A stretch of DNA of 62,975 bases, counting the filler. It is 6 parts of 6 records of this genome, joined end to end, with 100 filler letters (N's around TTAATTAATTAA, not from the genome) between each part and the next. Parts side by side here need not be neighbours in the genome. Positions count along the whole stretch, not along the records: positions 1 to 13,048 come from SRR31156797_16669; 5 more parts are not named here. One strand, 5' to 3'. The notes beneath the pieces are model-generated. The model was not told where the DNA came from, made no database searches, and saw nothing but the letters and a program-made list of their open reading frames with translations. A program made the position numbers and the translations under genes. Shown here one piece after another: positions 1 to 10,336 of the stretch (its first letter is position 1; each line of letters opens with the position of its first letter).

Positions 1-1
1 T

Positions 2-94
2 TTCTATGAAAATTATATGACGGTTACACCTTTGACATATGATATGACTAATTATGACTTTATGGATGGAGTTAAATCGGTGATAGATAATTAA
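2..94 (+). CDS. surE: 5'/3'-nucleotidase SurE, C-terminal fragment (partial at contig edge)
   Basis: Manual translation FYENYMTVTPLTYDMTNYDFMDGVKSVIDN*; TVTPLxxDxT matches the SurE C-terminal motif. Confidence 0.7.
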   Translation, partial: FYENYMTVTPLTYDMTNYDFMDGVKSVIDN

Positions 95-138
95 TGCATA
101 AAAAAATATTAATTATTGCATAAATATACATGAAGCCT

Positions 139-168
139 TACTGTCGCAGCCTTTGCGGCAGTATTTTT
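139..168 (+). terminator. Intrinsic terminator after surE
   Basis: TACTGTCGCA-gcctt-TGCGGCAGTA stem followed by TTTTT. Confidence 0.65.
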
Positions 169-291
169 ATGCAAAAGTGACATGGCATATGTACTCTCTT
201 GCAAGTACGATAAGTATTTTGTTGGTATTTTCGTAACAATTATGATACAATCAGTGCATATAAATTTCATATTAAGTGAGGAAGTTTTCTC

Positions 292-1197
292 ATGAGCAGT
301 TCAAAAGATTTAGTAAAGAAAATAAATGAAAAGTATTCATCTATGAGTAAAGGGCACAAGCTGATTGCCGAGTATATACTGGCTCATTATGATAAAGCGG
401 CCTATATGACAGCTATTAAATTAGGTGACAGTGTAGGCATCAGCGAGAGTACCATTGTACGCTTTGCTATGGCTCTTGGTTATGAAGGCTATCCTGAGCT
501 GCAGAAGGCTCTGCAGGAAATGATAAGAAACAAGCTGACAACGCTGCAGAGAATGGATATGACAAGCGAATTGAGCCACTCAATGCTGCTTCGTTCAGTG
601 CTGAAAGCAGATCTGAACAACATGAAGCTTACACTGGATGAAATAAATACAGAAATTTATGAACAGATAGTTGACTTAATATATGGTGCGAAAAATGTAT
701 ATATAATGGGTCTGCGCTCCTCTGCACCGTTGGCACAGTTTCTAGGATACTACACCAGTTTTATTCTGGATAATGTGCGTGTTGTAACATCAGGAATAAA
801 TGACATCATGGAGCAGATAATACATATAGGGCCTGACGATGTGCTGATATGCATTTCATTCCCCAGGTATTCTACGAAAATTGTTGAAGCGGTCAAGTTT
901 GCAACATCCAGAAAGGCAAGTATTATCTCTATTACCGACTCTGTAAACTCCCCTCTTGCCAAGTATTCAAAGCTAATGCTGACGGCTACTAGTGATATTG
1001 CAAGCTTTGTTGATTCACTGGTTGCACCATTATCTCTTATCAATGCTTTAATAGTGTCATTGGGATTAAGGAAAAAGTCTCAGGTGGCTGAGCACTTCAA
1101 GGATTTGGAGCAAATATGGGAAGAGTATAATGTCTACATAGAGGTAGACGAAAAAGACGACGAAGACGAAGAAATTAAGGAAAATTTAATTGACTAA
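292..1197 (+). CDS. MurR/RpiR-family transcriptional regulator (HTH + SIS)
   Basis: N-terminal HTH (ISESTIVRFAMALGYEGY); SIS domain (GLRSS, ISFPRYS, ITDSVNSPLA). Confidence 0.92.
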   Translation: MSSSKDLVKKINEKYSSMSKGHKLIAEYILAHYDKAAYMTAIKLGDSVGISESTIVRFAMALGYEGYPELQKALQEMIRNKLTTLQRMDMTSELSHSMLLRSVLKADLNNMKLTLDEINTEIYEQIVDLIYGAKNVYIMGLRSSAPLAQFLGYYTSFILDNVRVVTSGINDIMEQIIHIGPDDVLICISFPRYSTKIVEAVKFATSRKASIISITDSVNSPLAKYSKLMLTATSDIASFVDSLVAPLSLINALIVSLGLRKKSQVAEHFKDLEQIWEEYNVYIEVDEKDDEDEEIKENLID

Positions 1198-2404
1198 AAT
1201 ATGCATAGTTGGCGGCGGAGCTGCTGGATGTATGGCAGCAATTGGTGCAGGTGAATCTGCTGATGTTACCATTCTGGAGCGTAACGAAAAGCTCTTGAAG
1301 AAGGTGTTTATAACAGGCAAAGGCAGATGCAATGTGACAAATGCTGCTGTTGGTGAGGATTTCCTGGGTAATATTATCCGAGGGAAAAAGTTCTATATGA
1401 GTTCATTCTACAATTTTGATAATTTTGCAGTAATGGACTTCTTTGAGGATAGAAATGTTCCCCTTAAGCAGGAGAGGGGAATGCGAATGTTCCCTGACAG
1501 CGATAAATCCAGTGATATTATCAAAGCTATTGAAAAAGAATTAGCCTATAAAGGCGTGAAAATTCATTTAAATTATAAAGTTACTAGCATTAAAAAATCT
1601 ATTAATAATTTTATCATCAATAATGACTTAGAATTTGATAAAGTAATAATCACTACAGGCGGTGCTTCCTATCGCTCTACTGGTTCAGATGGGAATATGT
1701 ATGCAAAGCTAAGGGATTTGGGGCACTCTGTAAGCGACATATCCCCTGTCCTTTCAGCAATGACTACCAGCAATCTGAATCTAGGAGAACTACAGGGTGT
1801 ATCTTTGCTCAATGTGAAACTTACCGGGAAATATAAGGGTAAGACTATTTACTCTGATATGGGCGAAATGCTGTTTACTCACTTTGGAGTATCTGGACCT
1901 CTCGTACTATCACTTTCATCATATCTGGACAAGGATAAACTCAAAGAGTATGAAGTAAATATTGATTTGAAGCCGGGTCTACGCAAAGAAAAGCTAAGAA
2001 ACAGGATTGACCGAGACTTTACCAATGAGCCAAAGCGTACAATGAAGAATGTCCTTCGCAGACTTCTGCCGGCAGCACTTATCGGTGAAGTATTGAAAAA
2101 ATCCAAGATAGACGGGGATATGGTATGTAATCAGGTAAATAGAGAAAGCAGGGATAAGCTGGCGGATACTCTGAAAGATTTTGCTGTTGTAATCGATGAT
2201 TTCTATAAGCTGGACAATGCTATAGTTACAAGAGGCGGCGTAAAACTGAATGAAATTAATCCAAAAACTATGGAATCTAGAATAATTGATGGACTATATA
2301 TTGCCGGTGAGGTATTGGACATAGATGCATTGACAGGAGGATTTAATCTAACTGTTGCATTCTCTACAGGATATACAGCAGGAATGTATGCTGGCAGAGA
2401 ATAA
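1190..2404 (+). CDS. HI0933/BaiN-family NAD(P)/FAD-dependent oxidoreductase
   Basis: GGGAAG, ITGKGRCNVTN, TGSDG, FTHFGVSGP, GEVLDIDALTGGFNL motifs; TTG start overlapping the upstream gene. Confidence 0.93.
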   Translation: MTKICIVGGGAAGCMAAIGAGESADVTILERNEKLLKKVFITGKGRCNVTNAAVGEDFLGNIIRGKKFYMSSFYNFDNFAVMDFFEDRNVPLKQERGMRMFPDSDKSSDIIKAIEKELAYKGVKIHLNYKVTSIKKSINNFIINNDLEFDKVIITTGGASYRSTGSDGNMYAKLRDLGHSVSDISPVLSAMTTSNLNLGELQGVSLLNVKLTGKYKGKTIYSDMGEMLFTHFGVSGPLVLSLSSYLDKDKLKEYEVNIDLKPGLRKEKLRNRIDRDFTNEPKRTMKNVLRRLLPAALIGEVLKKSKIDGDMVCNQVNRESRDKLADTLKDFAVVIDDFYKLDNAIVTRGGVKLNEINPKTMESRIIDGLYIAGEVLDIDALTGGFNLTVAFSTGYTAGMYAGRE

Positions 2405-2612
2405 TATGCTTACTTGATTACTATAAATATAAGAGGTAACATTTTGTTATTTTTGCGGGCTTAACACTTTAATACAAAATATATTAGGGAATATTACATA
2501 TCAATAAATCAGAGTAAACTCAAGGTGAATTATCAAATAAAAAATATACATAATTAAAAGTTTATGATAAAATACTCTGGATATTATATGTATGTAAGAA
2601 AGGAGCATTATA

Positions 2613-3140
2613 ATGGATTTGTTTGAAGTTATTGATAAAAGAGCAACATATCGAGGACCATACAAAAAGGACAAAATCCCTAAAGCTGACATGGACAGGA
2701 TACTAAATGCAGCGATAAATGCTCCCAGTGGTAAGAATATGCAGACTACCAGCTTTGTAGTAGTTGATGATCCTCTTGTTATGAAAAAGCTTGCAACTAT
2801 TATGCCAAAGGGAGGAATGGATACAGCACCATGCGCTATTGTGCTGGCTGCGGATACCACTCCATGCTATCATGGCGAGGCATTCTATAAGGAGGACTAT
2901 TCAGCTGCGGTAATGAGTATATATTTGGCAGCTACTGCTCTTGGTTACGCTACATGCTGGCTGGACGGAGTTCTTCGTGTAAATGATAATCATAAGAAGA
3001 TATCCAGGCTTCTAGGCATACCAGAAGATAAACTGACATGTGTTATACTGCCTATTGGTATCCCTGCAAATGAAGTAATCAAGAAGAAAAAGAAAGATAT
3101 AAAAGAGCGTGTGTGTTACAATACATATTCGCTAGAGTAA
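2613..3140 (+). CDS. Nitroreductase family protein
   Basis: RATYR, APSGKNMQ, LAATALGYATCW motifs; AAGGAG RBS upstream. Confidence 0.9.
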   Translation: MDLFEVIDKRATYRGPYKKDKIPKADMDRILNAAINAPSGKNMQTTSFVVVDDPLVMKKLATIMPKGGMDTAPCAIVLAADTTPCYHGEAFYKEDYSAAVMSIYLAATALGYATCWLDGVLRVNDNHKKISRLLGIPEDKLTCVILPIGIPANEVIKKKKKDIKERVCYNTYSLE

Positions 3141-3159
3141 ACTCTAAGGAGATAATTAA

Positions 3160-3573
3160 ATGGTAGAAGCAGGCAGTAGAGATGTGTGCAGAGCAGCAGT
3201 CAGGATGTCAATTTCCACATCCAGAACTGAAGAAGATAAGTTAAAAGAAAAGTATTCTGAATTAGGAGTGCACTGTGCAGCTGTAGACTACGGCGGTGAA
3301 TTCATTCAGGGAGTTATGAAAATCGTGGAGAGAGCAGTAGTTGCTTCTAAGCGTGAGGGATTGATAACTGACAGCCATAATGAAGAGGGTGCTGTGGCAG
3401 GAGCGGCAAGAGAAGCTATCAGTCAGGTATCTCAAAAAGCGATTGGATTGAATATCGGCGGTAAAATTGGAATTGCAAGACATGAAGATCACATCGCAGT
3501 GAGTATATTTGTAGGTATTGGATTGCTTCATCTAAATGAAGTAGCAATGGGACTAGGACATAGAGTGATATAG
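3160..3573 (+). CDS. hutP: HutP-family RNA-binding regulator
   Basis: AAVDYGG, VERAVVASKREG, GGKIGIAR, GLGHR pattern of clostridial HutP; typical position upstream of cmk. Confidence 0.85.
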   Translation: MVEAGSRDVCRAAVRMSISTSRTEEDKLKEKYSELGVHCAAVDYGGEFIQGVMKIVERAVVASKREGLITDSHNEEGAVAGAAREAISQVSQKAIGLNIGGKIGIARHEDHIAVSIFVGIGLLHLNEVAMGLGHRVI

Positions 3574-3578
3574 TTATT

Positions 3579-4247
3579 GTGAAAGGTGATAAAGTGCAGA
3601 TAGCAATTGACGGACCAGCAGGTGCAGGCAAAACCAGTGTTTCAAAAGAATTGGCAAAACGCCTGAAGATAATGCGTCTGGATACAGGGGCAATGTACAG
3701 AGCACTAGGATACAAAATTTTTCGTATGGGGATTGACCCAGAGGATGAAAAGGAAGTATCCTATGCAGCGGATAATACAAATATTGATCTGCAATTCGCA
3801 GATGGTGAGCAGCGAGTAATACTAGATGGTGAGGATATTACACATTGTATAAGAACTCCTCAAATATCTATGTATGCGTCTACCTGCTCAAAGCATAAAA
3901 ACGTTAGAATAAAAATGGTTCAGCTTCAGCAAAGAATTGCCAGCACAAATGACGTAGTGGCAGAAGGCAGAGATATAGGTACTCACGTATTACCTGATGC
4001 AGAATATAAATTCCACGTCACAGCATCCACAACGGAGCGAGCCAACAGAAGATATAAAGAGCTTTTGGAAAAAGGTGAAAAGCCGGATTTGGAAGAGCTT
4101 ATTAATGAGATAGAAAAAAGAGATTATCAGGACATGAATCGTGATTATGCTCCACTGAAAGCGGCAGATGATGCAGTAATAATAGATACATCTAATCTTA
4201 ACTTTGAGCAAGTGATTCAAAAGATTTTGGAATACTTAAGGGAGTAA
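3579..4247 (+). CDS. cmk: Cytidylate kinase
   Basis: IAIDGPAGAGK P-loop, LDTGAMYR, EGRDIGT. Confidence 0.96.
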   Translation: MKGDKVQIAIDGPAGAGKTSVSKELAKRLKIMRLDTGAMYRALGYKIFRMGIDPEDEKEVSYAADNTNIDLQFADGEQRVILDGEDITHCIRTPQISMYASTCSKHKNVRIKMVQLQQRIASTNDVVAEGRDIGTHVLPDAEYKFHVTASTTERANRRYKELLEKGEKPDLEELINEIEKRDYQDMNRDYAPLKAADDAVIIDTSNLNFEQVIQKILEYLRE

Positions 4248-4253
4248 TGGTTA

Positions 4254-4871
4254 ATGAAAGTAATCAACTATATAGTAAATAAAATTACATTAATAGTACT
4301 AATAATTCTAAGCAATATTATTTATCCCCATATTACAATTGGGAGGAAAAACATACCGAAGGATAAGCCTTTTTTATTGTACGCAAATCACGTATGCTTT
4401 GTTGATGCAGTATTGATGAGGTGTATTCTATGGAATAAGAACGTATACTTTATGGGCAAAGAAGAATTGTTTAAGAAGAAATTTGTTAAGTGGTTCTTTA
4501 AAGCAAATAATGGTTTTCCGGTAAACAGGGGCAGTGCCGATATGAGAGCAATCAAAAAGTGCATAAGTGTCCTAAAAGACGGTAATGTAATGATGATATT
4601 TCCAGAGGGAACACGTAATAAAGAAAAGGATGGAAAGCTGCAGAAGTTCCATAATGGCGCAGGAATTATATTGATGCAGTCTAAGGCAGATGCTCTACCT
4701 GTATTTATTCAGAATAAAAGAGGAATGAAGCCATTTACATTTACAAAAATCCATATTGGAGAACTGCTTGATATGGATGAATATACGAATAAAAGGATGA
4801 ATTCAGAGAATCTGGATAATTGTGTGGATAAGCTGAAAAGCGAACTCCAGCTTTTGTCGGAGAAATGTTAA
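4254..4871 (+). CDS. plsC: 1-acyl-sn-glycerol-3-phosphate acyltransferase
   Basis: NHxxxxD (NHVCFVD) and FPEGTR motifs; cmk-plsC-ispH synteny. Confidence 0.9.
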   Translation: MKVINYIVNKITLIVLIILSNIIYPHITIGRKNIPKDKPFLLYANHVCFVDAVLMRCILWNKNVYFMGKEELFKKKFVKWFFKANNGFPVNRGSADMRAIKKCISVLKDGNVMMIFPEGTRNKEKDGKLQKFHNGAGIILMQSKADALPVFIQNKRGMKPFTFTKIHIGELLDMDEYTNKRMNSENLDNCVDKLKSELQLLSEKC

Positions 4872-5035
4872 AATATGTATTCCAATATTAAGAATGTATT
4901 ACTATAGGTTGACAAAATAAAATAATATGGTTAAAAAAATAACTTATGCTTGAATAATATCAGAATATAATATATTATATGTAAGTGTAGGTTATTGGGT
5001 AAGTTGGGGTATTTTTTTAATCTCAAGATATATAT

Positions 5036-7048
5036 ATGAATAATATAATTTTAGCAAAAAAAGGCGGTTTCTGCTTTGGTGTAAAACGGGCACTGGACAA
5101 AGCATTGGAGCTTACAAAGGAAAACGTTGATATAACAACTTACGGCCCAATAATACACAATCCTTTAGTAGTTGATATGCTCAAGGAAAAGGGTGTTAAC
5201 AGTATTGATGATTTGTCCGAACTTACGACATCTCATCTGATAATTCGCTCTCACGGAGTAAGTCCGGGAGTATATGAGGAATGTGAAAGAAGAAACGTCA
5301 CGATAGTAGATGCTACCTGTCCTTTTGTGAAAAAGATTCAGGATAAAGCTAAGCTGTGTAAGGATAAGGGTATCGAGCTGATAATAGTCGGCGAAGCAAA
5401 CCATCCGGAAACCATTGGTATCAATGGCTGGTACGGTGGGGATGCATTGATTATCAATTCACTTAGTGAAGCAAATGCTATTGATAATGTGGATAATGCC
5501 TGTGTAGTAGCCCAGACTACCACATCTGTAGAGAGATTTAATAGTATTCTGGAGGTTTTATCATCTAAAACAGATGATTTGGAGATATTTAATTCCATCT
5601 GTTCTGCAACCAGAGAGAGACAGACAGAGGCGATTGACATCTCAAAAAGGAGCGATATAGTTTTCGTAATTGGAGGAAAGAACTCATCCAATACACGGAA
5701 GTTGTATGATATATGCAATGAAAATTGCGAAGCTGTATATCACATAGAGAATGTGGGAGATATCCCGGATTTGGATTACAGTGATTATAATAGTTTAGGT
5801 ATCATCTCTGGTGCAAGCACACCTGAGTGGATAATCAAGGAGGTTTACTTAACAATGAGCGACATCGAAAAGATCGAGGTTACTGAGACTGCACCGGAAA
5901 TTGCAACTGATGCTGCATCATCATTCATGGAGGATGTTGAAAAGAGCATGGTTCAAATCAAATCAGGCATGGTGCTGACAGGCAAAGTAGTCAGTGTAAA
6001 CGAGGAAGAAGTTTGCGTAAATATCGGCTACAAAGCGGACGGCCTGATAAAGAGAAAGGACTTCTCTAACAATCCTGAAGACAATCCAGTTGAGATGGTC
6101 AAAGAAGGGGATGATATTGAGGTTGAAGTCGTGCGTGTAAAAGACGAAGACGGCAATGTAATCCTTTCTAGAAAAAATATAGAAGCTCGTAAGAATTGGA
6201 AGAATCTAGTCGAGCAAATAGAAACTCAAAAAGAGTTTAAGGGTATTGGTAAGCAAGCTATCAAAGGAGGTTTGATTGCTGATATCAACGGAGTGCGTGC
6301 TTTTGTCCCTGCTTCTCATCTGGATGTTAAGTATGTTAATGATATATCAGAATATGTCGGCAAAGAAATGGATCTGAAAATCCTTGAAGTAGAAAAGCAT
6401 CGCCGCAGAGTAGTTGCTTCCCGCAAGGAAGTAATTATGGACAGAGAAAAGGAAGCAAAGAAAGAGCTTTGGAGCCAGATTGATGAAGGCATTACTGTAC
6501 GTGGTATAGTAAGAAGGCTTACAAATTTCGGTGCTTTTGTTGACATCGGCGGAATCGACGGATTGGTTCACGTAACAGATTTGGCATGGGGTCGTGTAGA
6601 ACATCCAAAAGATGTAGTGAAAATCAATGACGAGATTGATGTTGTTGTCTTAAAGGTTGATCCAGAGCGCGAGCGTATTTCTCTAGGATATAAGCAGACT
6701 AAACCAAAACCATGGGACGTAGTTGATGAAAATTACATCATCGGTTCTGTAGTTTCAGGTAAAGTTGTGAGAATAGTCGACTTCGGAGCATTTGTTGAAT
6801 TAGAGCCTGGTTTGGACGGACTGATTCATATTTCACAAATCGCTAATAAGCGTATTGAAAAAGTTGAAGATGCTTTGGAATTGGGTCAGGTTGTCGAAGC
6901 TAAAGTTTTGGACGTAAATGCTACAGCAAGACGTATCAGTTTATCAATTCGTGCCTTAACTGAGCCGGTTGTAGAGGAAGCTGAAGAAGAATACGGTGAT
7001 TATTCTGAAAGTGCCAGCGTAAAGGTTGATATCGACTCTTACAAATAA
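5036..7048 (+). CDS. ispH: Bifunctional IspH (HMBPP reductase) / ribosomal protein S1 fusion
   Basis: GFCFGV, RSHG, DATCPFV, ICSAT, SSNT, GASTP followed by four S1 repeats (e.g. [15 protein letters not shown]). Confidence 0.95.
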   Translation: MNNIILAKKGGFCFGVKRALDKALELTKENVDITTYGPIIHNPLVVDMLKEKGVNSIDDLSELTTSHLIIRSHGVSPGVYEECERRNVTIVDATCPFVKKIQDKAKLCKDKGIELIIVGEANHPETIGINGWYGGDALIINSLSEANAIDNVDNACVVAQTTTSVERFNSILEVLSSKTDDLEIFNSICSATRERQTEAIDISKRSDIVFVIGGKNSSNTRKLYDICNENCEAVYHIENVGDIPDLDYSDYNSLGIISGASTPEWIIKEVYLTMSDIEKIEVTETAPEIATDAASSFMEDVEKSMVQIKSGMVLTGKVVSVNEEEVCVNIGYKADGLIKRKDFSNNPEDNPVEMVKEGDDIEVEVVRVKDEDGNVILSRKNIEARKNWKNLVEQIETQKEFKGIGKQAIKGGLIADINGVRAFVPASHLDVKYVNDISEYVGKEMDLKILEVEKHRRRVVASRKEVIMDREKEAKKELWSQIDEGITVRGIVRRLTNFGAFVDIGGIDGLVHVTDLAWGRVEHPKDVVKINDEIDVVVLKVDPERERISLGYKQTKPKPWDVVDENYIIGSVVSGKVVRIVDFGAFVELEPGLDGLIHISQIANKRIEKVEDALELGQVVEAKVLDVNATARRISLSIRALTEPVVEEAEEEYGDYSESASVKVDIDSYK

Positions 7049-7128
7049 TTTGAATTAAGTATTGTACATAGATCGTACATGCAAGTATAGTTATCAAGAG
7101 GTTGGAGAATTTAGTGAAAACTAGATGG

Positions 7129-7165
7129 GAAAAAAGTTGCATTATGCTGCGGCTTTTTTCTTTTT
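7129..7165 (+). terminator. Intrinsic terminator downstream of ispH-rpsA
   Basis: GAAAAAAGTTGCA-ttatgc-TGCGGCTTTTTTC followed by TTTTT. Confidence 0.7.
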
Positions 7166-7232
7166 GTAATACTTAAATCAATGCAATCGTCATAATATAT
7201 AATCAATATTCAAACTCAGGGAGACTATTTAA

Positions 7233-7790
7233 ATGTTAGTGTATTCAGTGGAAGGATACTTAGATGACAACGCACGTCTGATAATGAATAATATATGGAC
7301 CAATTTGAGTGCTGAGAATATAACAAATTATGGATTTGATAAAGGTGGTAAAATACCTCATATTACTATTGCAAACTATGAGGGCTTGAATAAAGACATC
7401 TTTATAGTATTATTGGATAAATTCTATAGCGATAAAGAGTCTGTACCTCTATTGCTGGACAAGTTAGGAACATTTATAGAAACAGGTGTTTTGTATCTTG
7501 CCCCTACCCTCTCAATTGAGCTATTAAAATTCCATAATGAGCACCATAATCATTTTATCAATTATAAAAAAAATCCAAATTGTTTCTATATTTCTGGCAG
7601 ATGGAGCCCTCACTGCACCATTGCAAGCGGATTGAATGATGAAAAACTAGCGAAGGCATTTGTATACTGTCAAAATAACATCAATAAAATATCATGTAGT
7701 ATATGTGAGATTGGTCTAGTTGAGGCTAGACTTGATAATGATGGTATTGTATTGGAACGAAATATGATATTTGCAAAAAAGCTGATATAA
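7233..7790 (+). CDS. 2H phosphoesterase / 2'-5' RNA ligase family protein
   Basis: Two HxT motifs (PHIT, PHCT) about 85 aa apart; GGGAG RBS. Confidence 0.85.
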   Translation: MLVYSVEGYLDDNARLIMNNIWTNLSAENITNYGFDKGGKIPHITIANYEGLNKDIFIVLLDKFYSDKESVPLLLDKLGTFIETGVLYLAPTLSIELLKFHNEHHNHFINYKKNPNCFYISGRWSPHCTIASGLNDEKLAKAFVYCQNNINKISCSICEIGLVEARLDNDGIVLERNMIFAKKLI

Positions 7791-7814
7791 TAGTTATATT
7801 GAATACAAAATAAT

Positions 7815-7845
7815 AAGCAGATAGCCTTGTAAACTATCTGCTTTT
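7815..7845. terminator. Bidirectional terminator between convergent genes
   Basis: AAGCAGATAG-ccttgtaaa-CTATCTGCTT perfect stem with A/T-rich flanks. Confidence 0.75.
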
Positions 7846-7866
7846 AATTTATCAAATAATATTTTA

Positions 7867-8937
7867 TTATTTCACTTCATATGACCAGCCGTATTTATTA
7901 TTGGATTTTCCAGTCTGAATATCATACAAATGATTAAACAGTGATAGTGTTAATTCGCCGGTTTCATTGTTATTAATTGTAATTGAATCGTTTTTCCTCT
8001 GCATAACACCAACAGGTGATACAACTACCGCTGTTCCTGTGCCGAATACTTCTTTCAGTTCGCCATTTGCGTGTCTATTAAATATTTCATCTATGGAGAT
8101 AGGTCTCTCTACAACAGTCTTATCCATATCCTTTAATAACTGCATGATTGATTTTCTGGTTATACCTGGCAGTATACTTCCAGATAACGCAGGGGTTATT
8201 ATTTCATTATCAAATACGAAGAAAATATTCATGGAGCCTACTTCTTCGCAGTATTTTTTTTCAATTGCGTCCAGCCACAATACCTGTGAACAGCCTTTTT
8301 CCTTGGCAATAGCAGATGCCATCAAAGAAGCTGCATAGTTGCCGCCAGCCTTGGTAAAACCTACTCCACCTCGTACAGCACGAACGTATTCATCTTCTAC
8401 ATAGATTTTGATAGGATTAAATCCAGAAGCATAGTATGGACCAACAGGACAAAGGATAATATAGAAAATATAATTGTTAGATGGTCTTACTCCAATAAAT
8501 GGATCAGCTGCAATCATAGTAGGTCTGATATATAGTGAAGTACCAGGACCTTCTGGTATCCATTCTTTTTCAAGATTAAGCAGTTCGACTAATCCCTCCA
8601 GAGCTAACTCCTCGTCAATACAAGCCATAGACAATCTTTGGGCTGAAACATTCATTCGCTTGAAGTTTTCCTCTGGTCTAAAAAGCAGAGGCTGCTTATC
8701 TGGTGAAAGATATGCTTTCATTCCTTCGAATATCTCCTGTCCATAGTGAAAAACCATACATGCAGGATCTAGAGAAATATTTTCATATGGTTTGATGACT
8801 GCATTGTGCCAGCCTTTATCTGGTGAATATTCCATTTGGAACATGTGGTCAGTATATAGTGTGCCAAACTTGAGCTTGTTAGGGTCATCGAATTTTTTCT
8901 TTAACTTTTTTGCTCTGGTTATTTTGATCTTACTCAT
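7867..8937 (-). CDS. ilvE: Branched-chain amino acid aminotransferase
   Basis: HYGQEIFEGMKAY, LYIRP, catalytic Lys in KAGGNY, EEVGSMN, ILPGITR, GTGTA. Confidence 0.96.
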   Translation of the reverse strand: MSKIKITRAKKLKKKFDDPNKLKFGTLYTDHMFQMEYSPDKGWHNAVIKPYENISLDPACMVFHYGQEIFEGMKAYLSPDKQPLLFRPEENFKRMNVSAQRLSMACIDEELALEGLVELLNLEKEWIPEGPGTSLYIRPTMIAADPFIGVRPSNNYIFYIILCPVGPYYASGFNPIKIYVEDEYVRAVRGGVGFTKAGGNYAASLMASAIAKEKGCSQVLWLDAIEKKYCEEVGSMNIFFVFDNEIITPALSGSILPGITRKSIMQLLKDMDKTVVERPISIDEIFNRHANGELKEVFGTGTAVVVSPVGVMQRKNDSITINNNETGELTLSLFNHLYDIQTGKSNNKYGWSYEVK

Positions 8938-8975
8938 ATCTACCGTCCTTAGCTATATAGAATTATATTAGAATA

Positions 8976-9004
8976 ATTATACAGATATCGAAAATATATG
9001 TCAA
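8976..9004 (-). promoter_or_regulatory. Sigma-A consensus promoter for ilvE
   Basis: Minus strand TTGACA (9004-8999), 17 bp, TATAAT (8981-8976). Confidence 0.8.
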
Positions 9005-9024
9005 TTGAAAAAGAGTTTTTATGC

Positions 9025-9104
9025 AAAATAAATTGGGAACGCATTCAGCGTTCCCAAAATTTAAAGAAGAAGGAGGAGAAGTATCTTGAAGAAAACTTTC
9101 TCTT
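9025..9104 (-). ncRNA. Candidate ~80-nt small RNA with anti-SD-like CU-rich segment
   Basis: Own promoter TTGTAA-17-TATTAT (9139-9111); transcript contains CUUCUCCUCCUUCUUC and ends in TTGGGAACGC-tgaat-GCGTTCCCAA + TTTATTTT; ends approximate. Confidence 0.5.
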
Positions 9105-9425
9105 GCCATTATAATACTAAAAACCCCCGATAATTACAATGCACAAATTTTACGAAATAATTACGGTTTTTTTTAGCACATTAGATAAATTTGCACAAAA
9201 ACAGCTCAAAACACTGTGATATTAACACATATTTCCTATAATAAGTAAATAAAAGAGCTTAAATCAATGAACTCAAAGAAAAAATTATAGGAAAAAAAGA
9301 AAAAAGTAAAATTATAAATACTATTTTCAGATACTAAATCATTTTAAATCCATAGGATGAGTATATTGTTAAGAAAAGGTGAAGTAATTGTGAAGTTCTA
9401 AGAATAAATGTTAAGATTGTTAATA

Positions 9426-10100
9426 TTAAGTCAATCCATCTTCGGTCATTCTGCCGTCTGAAGTGATTGGAATTACTTCATCACCAAGGATTACATCAGG
9501 CTTTAGTATTACTTGAAGAAGTGCCTTTACTCTGGCAGCTGACTCCCGCAGCTTAAAGTATGGCAGTTTTGAATAAGTTAAATAATCACTAGGGAAGCCT
9601 GTTGTATCGATGCCATTAGCTTCTGCCAGAAAAACTGCACGATACAGGTGATATTTTTGTGTTGAGATTATTGCACTGTCTACTAGGAATATTTTTTTAG
9701 CCCGAACCATTGTGGCATAAGTATTACCTCCGGCATGATCCATGAAGATATCTTCTTCGGGTACGCCTAAGTTCATAAGGTAATTTTTCATGGCATTAAC
9801 TTCATCGTATGGATTAAACAAATGATCTCCGCTGACAAGAATTTTCTTGGCATAGCCATTTACGTATGCTTCATATGCTGTATTCAGCCTGTCTTTTAGG
9901 ATACCGCTTGGAGTATCATTCCAAACACGAGCACCCAGCACGATTACGCAGTCTACAGATTCGCCGTCATAATCATCTATATCTGTGATGTTTTGAATAG
10001 AAGATAAGCATATAAATACATTTATCGCAAATATGGAAAATATAATAATGGTAACACTCCAAAACCCGATTTTAAATATAATGCGAAATAAATTCCTCAT
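9426..10100 (-). CDS. SanA/YdcF (DUF218, ElyC-like) family protein
   Basis: N-terminal TM helix, IVLGA, DRL, ILVSGD, E..AM, DHAG, TQKYHLYRA, RE motifs. Confidence 0.9.
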   Translation of the reverse strand: MRNLFRIIFKIGFWSVTIIIFSIFAINVFICLSSIQNITDIDDYDGESVDCVIVLGARVWNDTPSGILKDRLNTAYEAYVNGYAKKILVSGDHLFNPYDEVNAMKNYLMNLGVPEEDIFMDHAGGNTYATMVRAKKIFLVDSAIISTQKYHLYRAVFLAEANGIDTTGFPSDYLTYSKLPYFKLRESAARVKALLQVILKPDVILGDEVIPITSDGRMTEDGLT

Positions 10101-10336
10101 GCTCTGGATTATACCATTGATAATTTAATTAGTAAATGTTTATTGTAAATACATTAACTATCCTAAGGAGCACCTCAATATAAACAAAATATACAATAAT
10201 ATCTACAAAAAAGCAAAATTTACACGAATTTAACAATATGTGTTGATAAAAGACAATTATTTTAGTAAAATGATATATAAACAATTTTTAGCAAAAAATA
10301 ATACTAGAACAAGAAAGAAATACTATAGGTAGTGAA

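Noticed and set aside
95-132. ARG-box-like sequence TGCATAAATATACA
   Set aside because: Only one good half-site in very AT-rich DNA, located before a terminator, with no arginine genes nearby
7091-7128. SAM-I riboswitch (starts TTATCAAGAG, ends GATGG)
   Set aside because: Too short; lacks the P3 GCAACC/GGTGC core and P4; the downstream gene is not sulfur-related
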